Virus record (IMG/VR): IMGVR_UViG_2778261644_000009
Length of the DNA: 7,869 bases
From: a virus
Lineage: Duplodnaviria > Heunggongvirae > Uroviricota > Caudoviricetes
Direction: 5' to 3' (one strand)
Position 1 is the stretch's first letter. Each line of letters starts with the position of its first letter. Below are positions 5,584 to 7,869 of the stretch, piece by piece. Below the pieces are notes generated by a model. It did no database searches. It was not told the DNA's origin and worked only from the letters and a program-made list of their open reading frames with translations. The position numbers were made by a program, and so were the translations under genes.

Positions 5584-5618
5584 AGGCGTGGCGTGTATTC
5601 ACGCTTCGCCTTTTTTTT
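5584..5618 (+). terminator. Strong rho-independent terminator after the 342-aa gene
   Basis: GC-rich stem 5584-5595 / 5600-5610 (about 11 bp, one bulge, two G-U pairs), loop TATT, then T8 (5611-5618). Confidence 0.75.
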
Positions 5619-5652
5619 ATTTATTTTTTAAATTTTGAGAGGTGATTAAAAT

Positions 5653-5856
5653 ATGGAAGTGATTCTGAAATCAAAAAATGGTGTACACGTACATTTAGAT
5701 GCTAATGATTCTAGAGGCTTGTTAAATCTGAAATATCTCTGTTCTCTTTTAGATGTTCCATATGAAGGAGTAAAAGCCCGTATGTTCAGACTAAACGAGA
5801 GTATTGATCAGGCTCTACACCATTTCTTAAGTAAAGAAGGTGGTAAAAATGATTAA
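5653..5856 (+). CDS. Small hypothetical protein (67 aa)
   Basis: ATG 5653 with SD GAGGTG (5639-5644) 8 nt upstream; stop 14 nt before the next gene. Confidence 0.55.
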   Translation: MEVILKSKNGVHVHLDANDSRGLLNLKYLCSLLDVPYEGVKARMFRLNESIDQALHHFLSKEGGKND

Positions 5857-5870
5857 TAAGGGGATTTTAA

Positions 5871-7703
5871 ATGTTAGAAATTAACACTTCTAAAATTAAG
5901 AACACAGTTACATTTAGTGTAGATAAAGACAGCTTGAAAAAAGCGAAAGACTCTATTACAGGCTTAAAGGAATTCGCCGAAAATATCAAGCCAGCTAAGC
6001 TGAGATTTGATAGTGTCACTAAAGGCTATAAGAAAGCACAAAGTGAAGTAGACAAGATTGCTCAACAGAAAGCTAAAACAGAAAAACAAAATCAAAGAGC
6101 ACAAGCTGCCGCAGCAAGAGCACAGGCAAGGCAACAGCAACAAATAGCAGCACGTAAAGAGAAAGCAGAATTAAAGCTCCTTGATGTATCAAGCTCTATC
6201 AGTGCAATGCACCGTCTCTCTGTAGCTGAACAATACAAAGCTATTGCACAGGCTAGAGAGATAGCAAAACAATATGAGCAAGGGGCTATCTCGCTTGCAC
6301 GTATGAATAGCCAAATGAAACGCCTACAACAGCAACAACGTAAGATTAATGGCAACAGAAAAGCTCAATTAGCCCCCGTTAAGGGAGGAGGATCAGGGAA
6401 TGCCGCCACTATGGGCGCTCTGTTATTTGGAGGCGCTACAGCGGCTGCTGGCGTGATGGCTGTTAGTAAAACCTCTGAATTTATGGCTAATAGCTTTGCT
6501 AACGCAGATACCCAAGGGGAGCTAATTCAACGTGCCAAGCTGGGCGGTGTAGACGTTAACCAGATGTATAATATTACAGAATGGGCGTATAGAAACGGCG
6601 TTGACTCTATGATGGGTGATCAAGGGGCTAGGAAATACCTGGATCAGATGAAAGATGTTAGGGAACGTGCCGCAAAATCCTACAGTGAAGCTGAATTGGT
6701 GAAAGATAAGAAAACCGGAAAATCTGAATGGAAAGGCGGTGATAACGCTATTAATGAACTTCTAAACATCGGTGTTATTAACAAAAGCGACCTTAAAAAA
6801 TTTGCTGATAATCCGGCTGGATTAATTTCTAAGGCTGTTAATGGAATGATGAAAAAAGGGTTTTCAGACTCCCAAATTGGACAACGTTTAGAAGACCTGG
6901 GCGATGATTTGATGCTTACATCAAAATATTGGCAACGTTCCGTTAAAGATGTACAAGAAAGTATTAATCAGCAAAAAGCCTCTGGAAAATGGCTAACAGA
7001 AACACAGCAAGACTCTATTGTTAAATTCAGAGAACTAAACAGACAGCTTTCACAGCTTTCTGATGCAAGACAAGTAGCATTCGTAGACGGCTTTATGAAA
7101 TCTCTCGATCCAAAAGTAACGGAAGAGTTTATGAAAAACCTTTCTAATCTCACTCCGTATTTTACGAAACTAGGGGAAGCTGTAGGAAGTCTCTTTGAGG
7201 CTATTATGAAGCTTGTAAACTGGTTTAATCGTAATGATGATAAGACAGATGCTATTCAGAAAAATTTAGGTGATGCACCGCCATTAAGCAATGAAGGGAT
7301 GAAACAGCATCTTTCTAATCTCGTTCCTGACCAATATAAAGGCGCTGGAACTGCAACAACTGCACCTGATAATAGTCATTCTCTCTTTAATACAATTAAG
7401 GGATTGCTTTTTGATGATAATTCTTCTGTGTCAGATGTAAAAATGTCAGTTAGTGAAGCACCGATAACCAATCTCAAACAGGGTGCTTTAAATAATCTTG
7501 CAATGACAACTCCGGCTTATAATTTATCTCCTGTGTTTAATCTGAATCCAACGTTTGAAGTGGTAACAGAGGTTCCTCTTACTATTAATTCTGACACATC
7601 AAGATTAAGCGATTATGTGGATTTTACAGCGAGAGCAAGTCGGGATAGCTTCTTGAAATCATTAACATTAACCAGCTTATCAGGACAATCCAACGGCGGG
7701 TAA
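5871..7703 (+). CDS. Large coiled-coil protein (610 aa) with internal Gly/Ala-rich hydrophobic segment; tape-measure-like or ejection/pilot-type structural protein (tentative)
   Basis: ATG 5871 after AAGGGGA; N-terminal 160 aa rich in K/Q/A/R heptad-like sequence (KAKTEKQNQRAQAAAARAQARQQQQIAARKEKAELK); then GGGSGNAATMGALLFGGATAAAGVMAV; no N-terminal signal peptide, no HUH or Walker motifs. Confidence 0.85.
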   Translation: MLEINTSKIKNTVTFSVDKDSLKKAKDSITGLKEFAENIKPAKLRFDSVTKGYKKAQSEVDKIAQQKAKTEKQNQRAQAAAARAQARQQQQIAARKEKAELKLLDVSSSISAMHRLSVAEQYKAIAQAREIAKQYEQGAISLARMNSQMKRLQQQQRKINGNRKAQLAPVKGGGSGNAATMGALLFGGATAAAGVMAVSKTSEFMANSFANADTQGELIQRAKLGGVDVNQMYNITEWAYRNGVDSMMGDQGARKYLDQMKDVRERAAKSYSEAELVKDKKTGKSEWKGGDNAINELLNIGVINKSDLKKFADNPAGLISKAVNGMMKKGFSDSQIGQRLEDLGDDLMLTSKYWQRSVKDVQESINQQKASGKWLTETQQDSIVKFRELNRQLSQLSDARQVAFVDGFMKSLDPKVTEEFMKNLSNLTPYFTKLGEAVGSLFEAIMKLVNWFNRNDDKTDAIQKNLGDAPPLSNEGMKQHLSNLVPDQYKGAGTATTAPDNSHSLFNTIKGLLFDDNSSVSDVKMSVSEAPITNLKQGALNNLAMTTPAYNLSPVFNLNPTFEVVTEVPLTINSDTSRLSDYVDFTARASRDSFLKSLTLTSLSGQSNGG

Positions 7704-7737
7704 TTTCCGCCATAAAATTACAAGGAAAATTATTTTT

Positions 7738-7869
<132 letters not shown>

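Noticed and set aside
2448-7153. All minus-strand ORFs in the track (2448-2633, 2807-3142, 3763-4131, 4564-4890, 5073-5294, 5320-5550, 6092-6355, 6968-7153)
   Set aside because: Each overlaps a well-supported + strand gene or the promoter/terminator region, lacks SD context, and several translate to Cys-rich or low-complexity sequence typical of antisense frames.

Overview
Compact, strictly unidirectional (+ strand) gene cluster with the look of a phage, satellite or phage-plasmid module; no tools were available, so all calls rest on reading the sequence, motifs, Shine-Dalgarno/start context and composition, not on homology searches. Layout: (1) 1-1357 is a long non-coding control region with an iteron array and AT-rich unwinding block (candidate replication origin), a GC-rich hairpin island and several families of short repeats; (2) 1219-3603 is an early operon from a sigma70-like promoter: a 62-aa protein, an unlisted 55-aa ribbon-helix-helix candidate, a 217-aa winged-helix replication-initiator-like protein whose C-terminus ends DDFDIPF (like the SSB C-terminal tip), a second small winged-helix protein and two unknowns; (3) 3633-3884 is a strong promoter followed about 220 nt later by an intrinsic terminator with no ORF between them, directly upstream of the structural-looking genes (candidate antitermination switch or small RNA); (4) 3947-7703 holds a 120-aa plus 342-aa pair with highly-expressed codon usage and a strong terminator (capsid-like guess), then a 67-aa and a 610-aa coiled-coil protein; (5) the 3' end carries two very long poly(A) tracts (A21-TCAC-A30) in frame with a small ORF. 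No integrase, terminase, portal, tRNA, rRNA or CRISPR array is visible. Codon usage in the 342-aa gene looks Enterobacterales-like, but the host cannot be assigned. Product names are motif-level hypotheses only.
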